Source of the DNA: a virus
Direction: 5' to 3' (one strand)
DNA: 64,000 nucleotides
Virus record (IMG/VR): IMGVR_UViG_3300028284_000001
The position numbers and the translations under genes are program-made. The notes beneath the pieces are model-generated. The model saw only the letters and a list, made by a program, of their open reading frames with translations. It did no database searches and was not told the DNA's origin. Shown here piece after piece: positions 8,058-16,722 of this stretch (the first letter of the stretch is position 1; every line of letters begins with the position of its first letter).

Positions 8058-9467
8058 TTAGAGTTTACCGTTACCGCCACCGCCGATTTCACAACCGTTG
8101 TATATTCCAACATTATCTATTTGTCCTATACCACTAATTTCCCAGTATGTAAATTGTGATGTTCCATTCCATGTCATTGGAATTGGCCATACAATATAGT
8201 TCCTTCCGGCACCGTTAAATTTAGTATTTCCTGTTGAAGTAGTATATACATATTCATTTAAAGCTGTATTAATAGAATGTCCTTCTTCTACCCATACTGA
8301 GTTAGTTACCTGATATGAACTGTTACAAAATAACGCAGGAGATGATTTTCCTGTTGAGATAAAGTATTCATCTCTAGTAGGACCACCCGCAAGAACTGTA
8401 AGGTTTTGACAGCAATAAATAAATGGTACATTAGAATTATCATATCCAAGTCCCGGTTCAACTTTAACACAGTAACTATTGGTTCCTGCTATGTAGAGTT
8501 TTGGAGATACTGATAACCAAGTTCCATTTGCAACACTTCCAGTTACTATTTCCCCTTCAAAGCCTGGATTAATAATAACGCCTGCTTCTTCGCAATTGAA
8601 TTCTGATCTTCTATCAGCCGTACATCCTGAAATGGTAACTCCACTATTAGAATATCCAGTACTAGGTACAAGTATGTTTGCACTATATGTATGCGCTCCA
8701 GATCCAGATTGATAAGTTGATGGACTAATACTTTGAATAGTTCCTGCACTTACAGTACCTGTTACTACATCTCCAACGCCACCTGCGTTAATTGCAAAAT
8801 TAGCAGTACTACAGTCAAATATAGGATAGCTCAGCGCTGTATAAATATTTGTACATTCTATTTCATCGCCTGAATTTTCGTAACCTGTTGCTGGGACACT
8901 TATTGTTATAGTATATGTGTGAGATCCTGAAACGTAAACACTTGGATTAATACTTACTACCGTTCCATTTTGTGGAGTTGCTGTAGTAGCATCACCTACA
9001 TAACCAATATCTAGTATTTGAACTACACCGCCGTGTGCCTCATCACAATCAAAAACAGATAGACTTGTATCTATCAGCTTGAAGAAGACACTCATTGCAC
9101 CAGTATTTACACCGTTAGAATCTAACTGTTGGATTTTAACTTGAATGCTTTCTTGTCCTTCTGTTACATTATCTTCTATTGCAGCAATTGTAATAGTACC
9201 TACATTGTTATTCATAGTAAATACCGTGCTACTGACTGTAAAATCCACGTCAGGTGTTGCAGGATCTGAATAATCCGGAGAGGTCCAAACTGTTTGGTCA
9301 AGTGCTACTGTTGTACCATTTGGAATTCCTACTGAAGTAAGTGTTATTACTTCAGTTGTATTCTGTCCACCAGTACTGGTTTCGTAAATAGTGCCCGAAG
9401 TTCTAGTTAAGGTAAGATATCCACTACTTTGAGTTGGCTCTCCCCAAGATTTTAATCCTGTAGCCAT
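8058..9467 (-). CDS. Putative virion fibre/decoration protein with three Cys-bounded repeats
   Basis: Thr/Ser/Gly-rich; Calx-beta-like EDNVTEGQE; F(D/N)C...GY.NS...C repeats; downstream of a late motif. Confidence 0.55.
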   Translation of the reverse strand: MATGLKSWGEPTQSSGYLTLTRTSGTIYETSTGGQNTTEVITLTSVGIPNGTTVALDQTVWTSPDYSDPATPDVDFTVSSTVFTMNNNVGTITIAAIEDNVTEGQESIQVKIQQLDSNGVNTGAMSVFFKLIDTSLSVFDCDEAHGGVVQILDIGYVGDATTATPQNGTVVSINPSVYVSGSHTYTITISVPATGYENSGDEIECTNIYTALSYPIFDCSTANFAINAGGVGDVVTGTVSAGTIQSISPSTYQSGSGAHTYSANILVPSTGYSNSGVTISGCTADRRSEFNCEEAGVIINPGFEGEIVTGSVANGTWLSVSPKLYIAGTNSYCVKVEPGLGYDNSNVPFIYCCQNLTVLAGGPTRDEYFISTGKSSPALFCNSSYQVTNSVWVEEGHSINTALNEYVYTTSTGNTKFNGAGRNYIVWPIPMTWNGTSQFTYWEISGIGQIDNVGIYNGCEIGGGGNGKL

Positions 9468-9470
9468 AAT

Positions 9471-9839
9471 TTATACTGAATGATTTTTAATATAATGTAC
9501 TTCTAAAGTATCGATTGCATCTATGTCATATCCTAAAGCACCAAAGGTAGCAGTAGTTCCACTAACTGAAACATTTATAGATGCTAATGCTTTATATCCA
9601 TTTATCCATAATGATACAAAGGATACGTCATTTGACATAACACTATTTGATAGAGTTAAAGTCCAGTTTGCACTTGCAGAAGATATTGATTGGCTTGTAA
9701 ATTCTTCAATAACCATTGCAGCTTCTGGGACAAAATTGTTTTGAATATCCTTTGAATTAGGTATTTCTTTGCTATCAGCAGATGTCCAAACTACATTATC
9801 GTTGAACTCTTGTATTTGTTTTGATTTTAATTGAGCCAT
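9471..9839 (-). CDS. Putative virion protein
   Basis: Beta-rich small protein (VSLWING..D.LEVHY) directly behind the late motif at 9869-9877. Confidence 0.55.
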   Translation of the reverse strand: MAQLKSKQIQEFNDNVVWTSADSKEIPNSKDIQNNFVPEAAMVIEEFTSQSISSASANWTLTLSNSVMSNDVSFVSLWINGYKALASINVSVSGTTATFGALGYDIDAIDTLEVHYIKNHSV

Positions 9840-9868
9840 AAATTCTTAATATTTTTATTACGATTATA

Positions 9869-9877
9869 TTATATATC
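9869..9877 (-). promoter_or_regulatory. Late promoter motif GATATATAA
   Basis: ttatatatc on the + strand upstream of 9839. Confidence 0.6.
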
Positions 9878-9890
9878 TGTCTAAATTTAG

Positions 9891-10484
9891 TTATCCAATT
9901 GAAGACTGTGCTGCAACAACACTTAAAACTAAAGAATTAATAAGTATTTTCATACCAATTGCTACTAGTAGAATACCAAACACTCGTTCCATTATAGTAA
10001 TACCTACAATACCTAGCTTTTTTTGAATCCAAGGTGCTGTTTTTAAAAACACATAAATCATTATAGAATTTAAAATAATACCTAAAATAATTTCAACATT
10101 ATTCAAATCTTGTGTCAAAGACATAATAGTGGATAAAGTTCCTGGTCCAGCGATGATAGGAAATGCTATTGGAAATATTGTAGCTGACATTGGTTCAGCA
10201 GTAGATTCTGATTCGATACCTAATACCATCTTTACACCAAAATATAAAAGTAACATTGCGCCTGCTAATGCAAAGTGAAATGTTTCAATTCCTAAAAGTC
10301 TAAATAAAGTTTGCCCTACGAATAGAATTGAAATCATAATAACAGTTGCTACTATTGTAGATTTTAAAGATTCTATTTCACCATTCTCTTTTCTAAGTTT
10401 AATGATTAATGGTACATTACCTGGCATATCAATAACCGCAAACAGGGTTAGAAATACTGTCAATACATTTAATAGAAATTCCAT
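9891..10484 (-). CDS. marC: MarC-family integral membrane protein
   Basis: LFAVID.PGN, FPIAFPIIAGPG, ERVFGILL; about 6 TM helices. Confidence 0.9.
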   Translation of the reverse strand: MEFLLNVLTVFLTLFAVIDMPGNVPLIIKLRKENGEIESLKSTIVATVIMISILFVGQTLFRLLGIETFHFALAGAMLLLYFGVKMVLGIESESTAEPMSATIFPIAFPIIAGPGTLSTIMSLTQDLNNVEIILGIILNSIMIYVFLKTAPWIQKKLGIVGITIMERVFGILLVAIGMKILINSLVLSVVAAQSSIG

Positions 10485-10503
10485 GAAGTGGGTGTGTTAG
10501 TGT

Positions 10504-10644
10504 TTATACGGTTCTCCATCTACGTCTGTTAGACCATTGAACTTTCTTAGTCTGGCCTAACATTCTATAAGCGCCTACTTTCTGGTTGAAGACATTTCTT
10601 TCGGTATTAAGTTGTGTATTACCGTTTGTTTGTTCTGTACTCAT
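10504..10644 (-). CDS. Small hypothetical protein (46 aa)
   Basis: MSTEQTNGNTQLNTERN...RRRWRTV*; TAATG overlap with the upstream gene. Confidence 0.55.
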   Translation of the reverse strand: MSTEQTNGNTQLNTERNVFNQKVGAYRMLGQTKKVQWSNRRRWRTV

Positions 10645-11045
10645 TACTTAATTCTTTTTCTTAATTCACTCGAGGACCAATTATGATCTCGACTATTATA
10701 TATTATTTTAATTCCTCTTTTTAGGCATATATCTTTTGCTGTAAAATCTCTAGTTTCATATTCATCTCCAATGATTCTACAATCTAGTTTAAAAGACATG
10801 AAAATATCTTCTAAATCCTTCTCAGTTGTATAAGGTATTACTTCATCTACCCATTTACAAGCATTAACTTGGACGTATCGTTCTACTACAGATTGAATAG
10901 GTTTATTCTTCTCTGGTCGATCGATAGTAGGATCTGTTTGTAATGCAATAATTAAATAGTCGCAATGTTGTTTTGCCTCTTCAAGCATTTTAACATGACC
11001 TGCATGAAACAGATCAAAACTAGAACATGTAATTCCTATTTTCAT
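10644..11045 (-). CDS. Cytidylyltransferase (TagD/RfaE-like)
   Basis: FDLFHAGH (HxGH), RPEKNKP, RDHNWSSSELR. Confidence 0.9.
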   Translation of the reverse strand: MKIGITCSSFDLFHAGHVKMLEEAKQHCDYLIIALQTDPTIDRPEKNKPIQSVVERYVQVNACKWVDEVIPYTTEKDLEDIFMSFKLDCRIIGDEYETRDFTAKDICLKRGIKIIYNSRDHNWSSSELRKRIK

Positions 11046-11173
11046 CTCTCTTTGGTGTTAAAGGTTTCATCATAAAGACCTAACTCTTGGTCTCGTTTCA
11101 TTATTTCAGCAAGTAACCTTCCTCTTCTGCTTGGTATTAGCCAATTAAGAAATTTATTCCAATACTTTTTCAT
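11042..11173 (-). CDS. Small hypothetical protein (43 aa)
   Basis: MKKYWNKFLNWLIPSRRG...; ATGA overlaps at both ends. Confidence 0.5.
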   Translation of the reverse strand: MKKYWNKFLNWLIPSRRGRLLAEIMKRDQELGLYDETFNTKER

Positions 11174-11493
11174 TTCTTCTTTTTAAATAATGGTATTGTA
11201 AATCCAATAGTCAAGCCTCCTAATGTAGTTGCTACTACATCTCCGATTTCTACAGTTCCACCTGTTCTACTATCATATAATTCTTTAACAAGTCCAACGG
11301 CAAATGAAGAACATACTCCTGCTATAAATGCTTTCTTTTTATTTTTATGCTTATCATAAGACCATTTATATCCTAAGCCTCCAGCAATTGCTCCTGCTGT
11401 AAAATGTAGTTGTTTATCTTGTTGTTGAAAAAATGATTGGCCGGACATAGAAATTGTTGCCATAAATAAAAATAAAAATAGGTAGTTTTTCAT
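11170..11493 (-). CDS. Membrane protein, YfiM/DUF2279-like
   Basis: DKQLHF, GLVKELYD, GDVVATTLGG. Confidence 0.65.
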   Translation of the reverse strand: MKNYLFLFLFMATISMSGQSFFQQQDKQLHFTAGAIAGGLGYKWSYDKHKNKKKAFIAGVCSSFAVGLVKELYDSRTGGTVEIGDVVATTLGGLTIGFTIPLFKKKK

Positions 11494-11555
11494 CGGTTAG
11501 CTCTTTGATTTTTAGATTTATGTCATCTCTATGATTCTATCAATATCCCTTTCGG

Positions 11556-11756
11556 TTAGACCCAAATTAAATTGTATATAGCATATCCGAATAAAAATAT
11601 TACTACTGCTAATATTGAGTAACCAGATATTTTTTCATTTGTTTCAACTTGTTGTCTGCTTCTACCTTGGTAATCATTAGGATTCCATTCTTTGGTTCTT
11701 CCTTTAAAAACGTTTGGTTTTACTTTACTCATATTTTCTTTTTTATATGTTGCCAT
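11556..11756 (-). CDS. Small membrane protein
   Basis: C-terminal hydrophobic helix; operon-like overlap. Confidence 0.6.
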   Translation of the reverse strand: MATYKKENMSKVKPNVFKGRTKEWNPNDYQGRSRQQVETNEKISGYSILAVVIFLFGYAIYNLIWV

Positions 11757-12201
11757 CTTGTATATTTTGTGGTTTATGTTGTATTCTTTCTAAATGCTCA
11801 GACCTTTTTTGGTGAGAAGGCCAATAATTATGACCATAATTAGTACATATTTCTTCTCCTTCTTTAATATCTTTTATTGCTTTAAATTCAAAATGCAAAT
11901 TTAAAGTTGGATGATTAGACCATTCTGCATTATTTACATCTGCATGATTATAGATACATCCAAATCCAAGCGGTAGAACTAGTCGTGCTCCTTGTTGTAT
12001 AGTTTTACCTTTAGGGTAATTAAACACATAATCCATTAAAGATCCTGTTTGTCCAACATCATCTGCAATCACACAATAACAAGTTTCAATTATTTCACCT
12101 TTGTAAAGATCTCTATTTGCGAAAACACCGTATCCCTTGTCATCTGTAGACTTTATGTATACATTATAGTTTGGTGTTATTGTTATTATGTTATTCTCCA
12201 T
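11743..12201 (-). CDS. SET-domain protein-lysine methyltransferase
   Basis: KGYGVFA, YNHA..NA, AIKDIKEGEEICTNYG. Confidence 0.9.
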   Translation of the reverse strand: MENNIITITPNYNVYIKSTDDKGYGVFANRDLYKGEIIETCYCVIADDVGQTGSLMDYVFNYPKGKTIQQGARLVLPLGFGCIYNHADVNNAEWSNHPTLNLHFEFKAIKDIKEGEEICTNYGHNYWPSHQKRSEHLERIQHKPQNIQDGNI

Positions 12202-12206
12202 GTGTG

Positions 12207-12233
12207 TTATATACTAAAATATAATATTGTTTA
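12207..12233 (-). promoter_or_regulatory. Middle-type promoter variant TAAAC-N17-TATAA
   Basis: Matches the motif class found at about 10 sites. Confidence 0.45.
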
Positions 12234-12247
12234 TTTTATTCCGTATG

Positions 12248-12324
12248 TAGTCAAGGTGGGACTTGAACCCACGTGTGACCAGCTACTCTTTCTACAAGGT
12301 ATAAGCTTGAGGAGATACTTGACT
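12248..12324 (-). ncRNA. tRNA-like RNA, UAU (Ile) anticodon loop, no canonical D-arm
   Basis: Acceptor AGTCAAG/CTTGACT, T-arm GTGGG-TTCAAGT-CCCAC, CAAG-CTTATAC-CTTG hairpin; last element of the tRNA array. Confidence 0.7.
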
Positions 12325-12330
12325 ATATAG

Positions 12331-12403
12331 TGATCCCTCTGGGGCTCGAACCCAGGACCCTCACATTAAAAGTGTGATGCTCTTCCAGCTGAGCTAAGAG
12401 ATC
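12331..12403 (-). tRNA. tRNA-Lys(UUU)
   Basis: Cloverleaf; anticodon arm TCACA-CTTTTAA-TGTGA. Confidence 0.95.
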
Positions 12404-12407
12404 TTAG

Positions 12408-12481
12408 TACACCCGATAGGATTCGAACCTATGGCCTACGCATTAGAAGTGCGTTGCTCTATCCAGCTGAGCTACGGGTGC
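12408..12481 (-). tRNA. tRNA-Arg(UCU)
   Basis: Anticodon arm ACGCA-CTTCTAA-TGCGT. Confidence 0.95.
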
Positions 12482-12488
12482 ATATTAG

Positions 12489-12574
12489 TACCGCTGGGCG
12501 GGCTCGAACCGCCACGAGCATTACTGCTCAACAGATTTTAAGTCTGTCGTGTCTACCAATTCCACCACAGCGGC
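12489..12574 (-). tRNA. tRNA-Leu(UAA)
   Basis: Anticodon arm ACAGA-CTTAAAA-TCTGT, long variable arm. Confidence 0.95.
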
Positions 12575-12668
12575 ATTAGTACTAAATATATGATGTCAAT
12601 TTGTTCTTTGTGATCGGGCTTCGTTAAGCCGTAGAACTAGAGTTAAGTTATTTTGTTGTTAGTTACAG

Positions 12669-12713
12669 TGCTAATATACGAATAATATTTGACAATAAAA
12701 AATATGAGGGCAA
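12669..12713 (-). promoter_or_regulatory. Early-type promoter motif (TGCC..TGTCA..CGTATATTAG) upstream of the tRNA array
   Basis: One of four copies of a ~45-bp intergenic motif. Confidence 0.65.
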
Positions 12714-12724
12714 TTATTTGTATA

Positions 12725-13765
12725 TTATTTGATAAGATGTGGTTTTCCTTCTGCTAAACCTGCGTTTGTTACGACATTGTAATCAGTGTTAACATAATAA
12801 TCCGTAGCGTTATTTGCACCTGCATACGAAAACGCCGATCGAATACCATCTGTAAGTCCATTGACGATAAATTTAACTCCACCTTTAAATGGAATTGTAG
12901 TAGATTCACCTTCAACATTTCTTGTCTTTTGGCCATGTGTAACTTTAGTTTCTAAAGATGCACTTCCACGATAACGTTTGTAAAGTCCTGCTGGAGTTTC
13001 TAGGATAGCACCTGGCGATTCTTTTGTGCCGGCTAGTAAAGATCCAACCATTACACAATCAGCTCCAACTGCGAGCGCCTTTGCAATATCTCCTGATGAT
13101 TTAATACCACCATCTGCCATGATAGGAATACCGGCAGAATCTGAAATTTCAAATACAGCCTCAATAGAAGTTACATTTGGAACTCCAAATCCTGTCTTTA
13201 CTCTAGTAGTACAGAGTGAACCTCCTCCAATTCCTACTCGGAGGCCATCGGCTCCCCATGAGATCAGATCTTCCGCTGCTTCCATTGTAGCAATGTTACC
13301 TGCAACTACGTCTGTTACGTTTTCTTCTAGATTTGCTTTAAGTTCTTTTAGTGCTTTTTGCATATTTTCATGGTGTCCATGTGCCACATCAACTACCAAA
13401 ATATTACATCCTACAGCTTCTAGTTCTACCGCGCGATCAAGATAATCGCCAGTTACGCCAATTGCTGCCATAATTGGCAAATGCATTAACGAAGGATCTG
13501 AGTTTCTAAATGCATCTAATTTTCTTACTTGAGCTACTTGATCTTCTATAGACATAAACCTGTGAATACATCCAACGCCACCTAGTTCCATAAGAGTTGC
13601 TGCCATTTCATATTCAGTTACAGTGTCCATACATGAACCTACAATTGGAATATCTATTGACCAGTTCCTAGTGACTGGGACCGAAAGATTAATATTTTGC
13701 CTAGTCTTAACTGCTGACAAATTGGGGATAAGTTGAATATCGTCGTAAGTAAGTGCTTGATGCAT
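12725..13765 (-). CDS. IMP dehydrogenase/GMP reductase family protein lacking CBS domains
   Basis: LTYDDI, MDTVTE, DVAHGH, GIGGGSLCTTR (catalytic Cys), ADGGI, YRGSAS. Confidence 0.9.
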   Translation of the reverse strand: MHQALTYDDIQLIPNLSAVKTRQNINLSVPVTRNWSIDIPIVGSCMDTVTEYEMAATLMELGGVGCIHRFMSIEDQVAQVRKLDAFRNSDPSLMHLPIMAAIGVTGDYLDRAVELEAVGCNILVVDVAHGHHENMQKALKELKANLEENVTDVVAGNIATMEAAEDLISWGADGLRVGIGGGSLCTTRVKTGFGVPNVTSIEAVFEISDSAGIPIMADGGIKSSGDIAKALAVGADCVMVGSLLAGTKESPGAILETPAGLYKRYRGSASLETKVTHGQKTRNVEGESTTIPFKGGVKFIVNGLTDGIRSAFSYAGANNATDYYVNTDYNVVTNAGLAEGKPHLIK

Positions 13766-13792
13766 TGTTTAAATTATTTGTTGTTACAGTGC

Positions 13793-13820
13793 TTATACTA
13801 TAGGATGTGTGAAGAGTTTC
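13793..13820 (-). promoter_or_regulatory. Middle-type promoter GAAAC-N18-TATAA
   Basis: Upstream of the IMPDH/GMPR gene. Confidence 0.6.
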
Positions 13821-13856
13821 AGTTAATCTAATATTTTAATTTGATTAAATTGATTG

Positions 13857-13928
13857 TAGCCCGTAGGGGAATCGAACCCCTCTTACCAGGATGAAAACCT
13901 GGCGTCCTAGCCGATAGACGAACGGGCC
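13857..13928 (-). tRNA. tRNA-Glu(UUC)
   Basis: Anticodon arm CCAGG-TTTTCAT-CCTGG. Confidence 0.95.
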
Positions 13929-13982
13929 GTTACTTGACTGGCAGTCAATTATTATACTGCCAGCATTTTTATTGTTTCAATG

Positions 13983-14055
13983 TTGTCCCTCAGGGGCTCG
14001 AACCCCGACTCTTCTGTACCAAAAACAGACGTGTTGCCAGTTACACCAAAGGACA
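13983..14055 (-). tRNA. tRNA-Gln(UUG)
   Basis: Anticodon arm TCTGT-TTTTGGT-ACAGA. Confidence 0.95.
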
Positions 14056-14062
14056 TTTAAAC

Positions 14063-14665
14063 TTATTTTACGACGTTAGCCGCAATGATTGCTTTACCTC
14101 TACGAATTCTATTCTTAATTGTTTGTAAAGGTAAATCGTATTTATCAGCAATATCTTCATACTTCATATTGTTTAAAAGCCTATCTTCTAAGATGCCCTT
14201 ATACATTGGTTTTAAAGTATTGATATTATGTAAAACTGATTCGTATTGATTCATGATGTAATTATCTTCATCAATCCAATCTTGTTCTGATTTATATTCC
14301 ATCTCGATTAAAAGATCTTTAGCAGAAGTTTTAGATAAGTATCTTTCTGTATTGATACCATAATCTTTCATTGCATCAATAGATCTTTTCTTATTTCTTT
14401 GACGTATCCAACCTAAGCATTCGTTAAATGCAATTCTGTAAAGCCATGTAGTAATTTGATATTGTGGATCAAACTGATCTACCTTGGTCCATAGCTTAGT
14501 TAATGTGTTAGTTAGAATATCATCAGTTGCTTCATTGTCTTTTACTACATTATAGATATAAGACCTAAGACCTGGCTTAATTCTGATATAAAGAGCTTTG
14601 TAATCTTGCTCTGATTTAGTTGAGATGTAGTTTTCTGTTAGTTCGCGATAGGTTACTTTTGACAT
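14063..14665 (-). CDS. ECF-type sigma-70 factor
   Basis: Region 2 (DDIL..TL.KLW..VDQFD..TTWLYRIAFN) and region 4 HTH (MKYEDIA..YDLPLQTIKNRIRRG). Confidence 0.9.
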   Translation of the reverse strand: MSKVTYRELTENYISTKSEQDYKALYIRIKPGLRSYIYNVVKDNEATDDILTNTLTKLWTKVDQFDPQYQITTWLYRIAFNECLGWIRQRNKKRSIDAMKDYGINTERYLSKTSAKDLLIEMEYKSEQDWIDEDNYIMNQYESVLHNINTLKPMYKGILEDRLLNNMKYEDIADKYDLPLQTIKNRIRRGKAIIAANVVK

Positions 14666-14701
14666 TTATTTCTTTTTTTAAGGTTATTATTTTAATTACT
14701 G

Positions 14702-14745
14702 TACTAATATACGAAAATTATTTGACATAAAAAAATGTTTTGGCA
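14702..14745 (-). promoter_or_regulatory. Early-type promoter motif upstream of the ECF sigma gene
   Basis: tactaatatacgaaaattatttgacataaaaaaatgttttggca, near-identical to 37202-37245. Confidence 0.7.
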
Positions 14746-14818
14746 TTTATTTTGTAATTAGTTTGTCTGTTAGTAGTATTATTACATGCTTTCTAACAAA
14801 CTTACATTTTTTTGCCAT

Positions 14819-15043
14819 TTATCTTTCTAAGATTACAAATTCACCAAAGGCTTTATCAAATACGGATATCAGGTGTTCGTAATCGCCTTCCATCATTTCA
14901 TTAATGATATTTGCGCCCGCGTCTTTCCAACCTAATTGCTTAGCAAACCTTTTTGCGTATGCCATTAATGCGTATGCATTTCCATCAGGACCTGTAAGAT
15001 CTATAATAATTGGGCCGGTGTGTTTTTGTTTTTCTCTAATCAT
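14819..15043 (-). CDS. Hypothetical phage protein
   Basis: IDLTGPDGNAYAL...GDYEHL..FD; has its own early motif. Confidence 0.75.
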   Translation of the reverse strand: MIREKQKHTGPIIIDLTGPDGNAYALMAYAKRFAKQLGWKDAGANIINEMMEGDYEHLISVFDKAFGEFVILER

Positions 15044-15068
15044 AAGTAGTGTTTGTTTTTAATTACAG

Positions 15069-15112
15069 TACTAATATACGAAAAAAAACTGACATAAAAA
15101 AGTATTATGGCA
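15069..15112 (-). promoter_or_regulatory. Early-type promoter motif
   Basis: tactaatatacg...tgaca...tggca. Confidence 0.65.
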
Positions 15113-15138
15113 GTTTTTTTGTAAAAGTTATTAACAAT

Positions 15139-15657
15139 TTAAAAATCGTTGAATATACCTACTAGTTTTAGTAATTCTTGTGGCTTATGTGACCAGAAAT
15201 CAGTAGCACAATTAATTATTTTCTTTTTAGGATCGGATTTAAAAGTCTTTAAGGGAAATCCAATGATAGAATACCATTTTTTAGGTTTGTTAGGCCAGTA
15301 GCTAAGAGGCCAATATGACATAATTACTTCATTCTTTTCGCAAGTTTGAATACATTTTATTATATCACATCCCTTTCTAAGCATTCCCTTTGCATCTAGT
15401 AATTCAATAGCCTCATCATGTTCTCCTAAACTGAATCTAATATTACCATTTAATCTTAGCATTGCATCTTGTGCAGTTCTAGGATCCCATGCAAAGTTAC
15501 CTAAATGATATACAGTATCATCTTTAGTTACAGCTTCATTCCAGTTATTAATAAGAGTATCATCCATTTCATTTACTGAATCAAAATCCCTTCCATATTT
15601 TTTAATTGCTCCTGGTCTACCTAATTGTAGATTTGATGTTACGAAAACTTTTCCCAT
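15139..15657 (-). CDS. Calcineurin-like metallophosphoesterase homolog with degenerate metal ligands
   Basis: Scaffold EMDDTLINNWNEAVTKDDTVYHLG is typical of the family, but the ligands read SNLQLG, LGNF, GEHD. Confidence 0.7.
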   Translation of the reverse strand: MGKVFVTSNLQLGRPGAIKKYGRDFDSVNEMDDTLINNWNEAVTKDDTVYHLGNFAWDPRTAQDAMLRLNGNIRFSLGEHDEAIELLDAKGMLRKGCDIIKCIQTCEKNEVIMSYWPLSYWPNKPKKWYSIIGFPLKTFKSDPKKKIINCATDFWSHKPQELLKLVGIFNDF

Positions 15658-15658
15658 T

Positions 15659-16195
15659 TTAAGCTACTATAAATTTAATATTGTAATTATCCCAAAGTTC
15701 ACCAGTTAATGATAGTTCATTTACTCCGCCTTGGGCATTTTGTATTCTTTTGTCATCTGATATGTCTACAAAAAGATAAAGTACAAAATCATAGTGTGTA
15801 GCATAGATCAATGATTGACCAATACCAGATCTAAGATCCGATCCTCTTTTACCTTTTTTAAATTCAATGGCAATTTTAATACCATTCATTTCAACTGTCA
15901 TATCTGGTCTATTTCTAGTTCCCATGAAGAGGATGTGTGATACTGTAGTATTCACATCGCCTTCCCAGTTGATTGAAGATTTTACGATTTCTTTAGCTTT
16001 TTCTTTGTTTTCCTCACCTTCAGATACTATATAATCTGTTAAACCTCTTACAAGATGTGGATATATGAATTGCTTAATCTGATCTTCAGATTTCTTTTTG
16101 TAATTTAATGTACCAAAAATATCCTCATGCGTGATAGCTTCAGAAATTAAATCTAAAAATTCTATTCTCTTTTGAGACTTACTTGCTTGTTTCAT
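15659..16195 (-). CDS. PD-(D/E)xK nuclease-fold protein
   Basis: RPDM...IAIEFKK...GIGQSLIY. Confidence 0.6.
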   Translation of the reverse strand: MKQASKSQKRIEFLDLISEAITHEDIFGTLNYKKKSEDQIKQFIYPHLVRGLTDYIVSEGEENKEKAKEIVKSSINWEGDVNTTVSHILFMGTRNRPDMTVEMNGIKIAIEFKKGKRGSDLRSGIGQSLIYATHYDFVLYLFVDISDDKRIQNAQGGVNELSLTGELWDNYNIKFIVA

Positions 16196-16688
16196 TTGTT
16201 GCTGTTTCTAACTCAGGTTCAACCGTCTCAGCTGAACTTAATTGTTGTTCTAGTTCTGCTAACTCCTTATGAGTAGTTGAAATCTGTGAATTTAATTCTG
16301 CTAAGCTAGTCATTGCAATTGAAACTGCTTCTCCAATATTAGTTAACATAATAACGAATTTTCTAGCTGCTTCTACTCCAGTTCCTTCTACGTTTAAAAG
16401 TGCTTGATAAAGAGCATTTAATTCGTGACCTCTTAAGTTAATTACAGTTTCTTCTGCTTCTGATACTAATAATTCTTTATTCTGTAACTTTAATTGGTCA
16501 TGTAAAGATACTATTACAGCAGCATTATTTGTTTTCCATGTATATCCCTTATTAAGGTGATCCATTATAGTTTTTACCTGCTTTCTATCATCTAACTTGA
16601 CTGTATATGTTTCTGTTGCAGCCCTTGTTTGTAATTCGTCAGCTTTTGCTTGTAAAGCTTCTCTTTGAGTTTCTAGTGATTTGCCCAT
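16179..16688 (-). CDS. Hypothetical coiled-coil protein
   Basis: Long ORF in operon; heptad-like ends. Confidence 0.7.
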   Translation of the reverse strand: MGKSLETQREALQAKADELQTRAATETYTVKLDDRKQVKTIMDHLNKGYTWKTNNAAVIVSLHDQLKLQNKELLVSEAEETVINLRGHELNALYQALLNVEGTGVEAARKFVIMLTNIGEAVSIAMTSLAELNSQISTTHKELAELEQQLSSAETVEPELETATNETSK

Positions 16689-16722
16689 GTTTGTTATTTT
16701 AGTTTAATTATTTATCTTGTTT

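Noticed and set aside
12603-12637. Small nested hairpin (GTTCT..GGCTT/AAGCC..AGAAC) in the tRNA operon leader as a ribozyme
   Set aside because: No recognisable catalytic core, and the stems are too short to support a call
13934-14128. 64-aa + ORF; similarly 12049..12330
   Set aside because: They overlap tRNA genes and minus-strand CDSs
14722-14727. TTGACA on the + strand in the repeated intergenic motif as an E. coli-type -35
   Set aside because: It points away from the downstream genes and has no properly spaced -10; better read as TGTCAA within a minus-strand element
12669-15112. Repeated ~45-bp motif as a CRISPR array or mobile-element end
   Set aside because: Copies are dispersed, each sits upstream of a gene, and there are no regular spacers, cas genes or transposase
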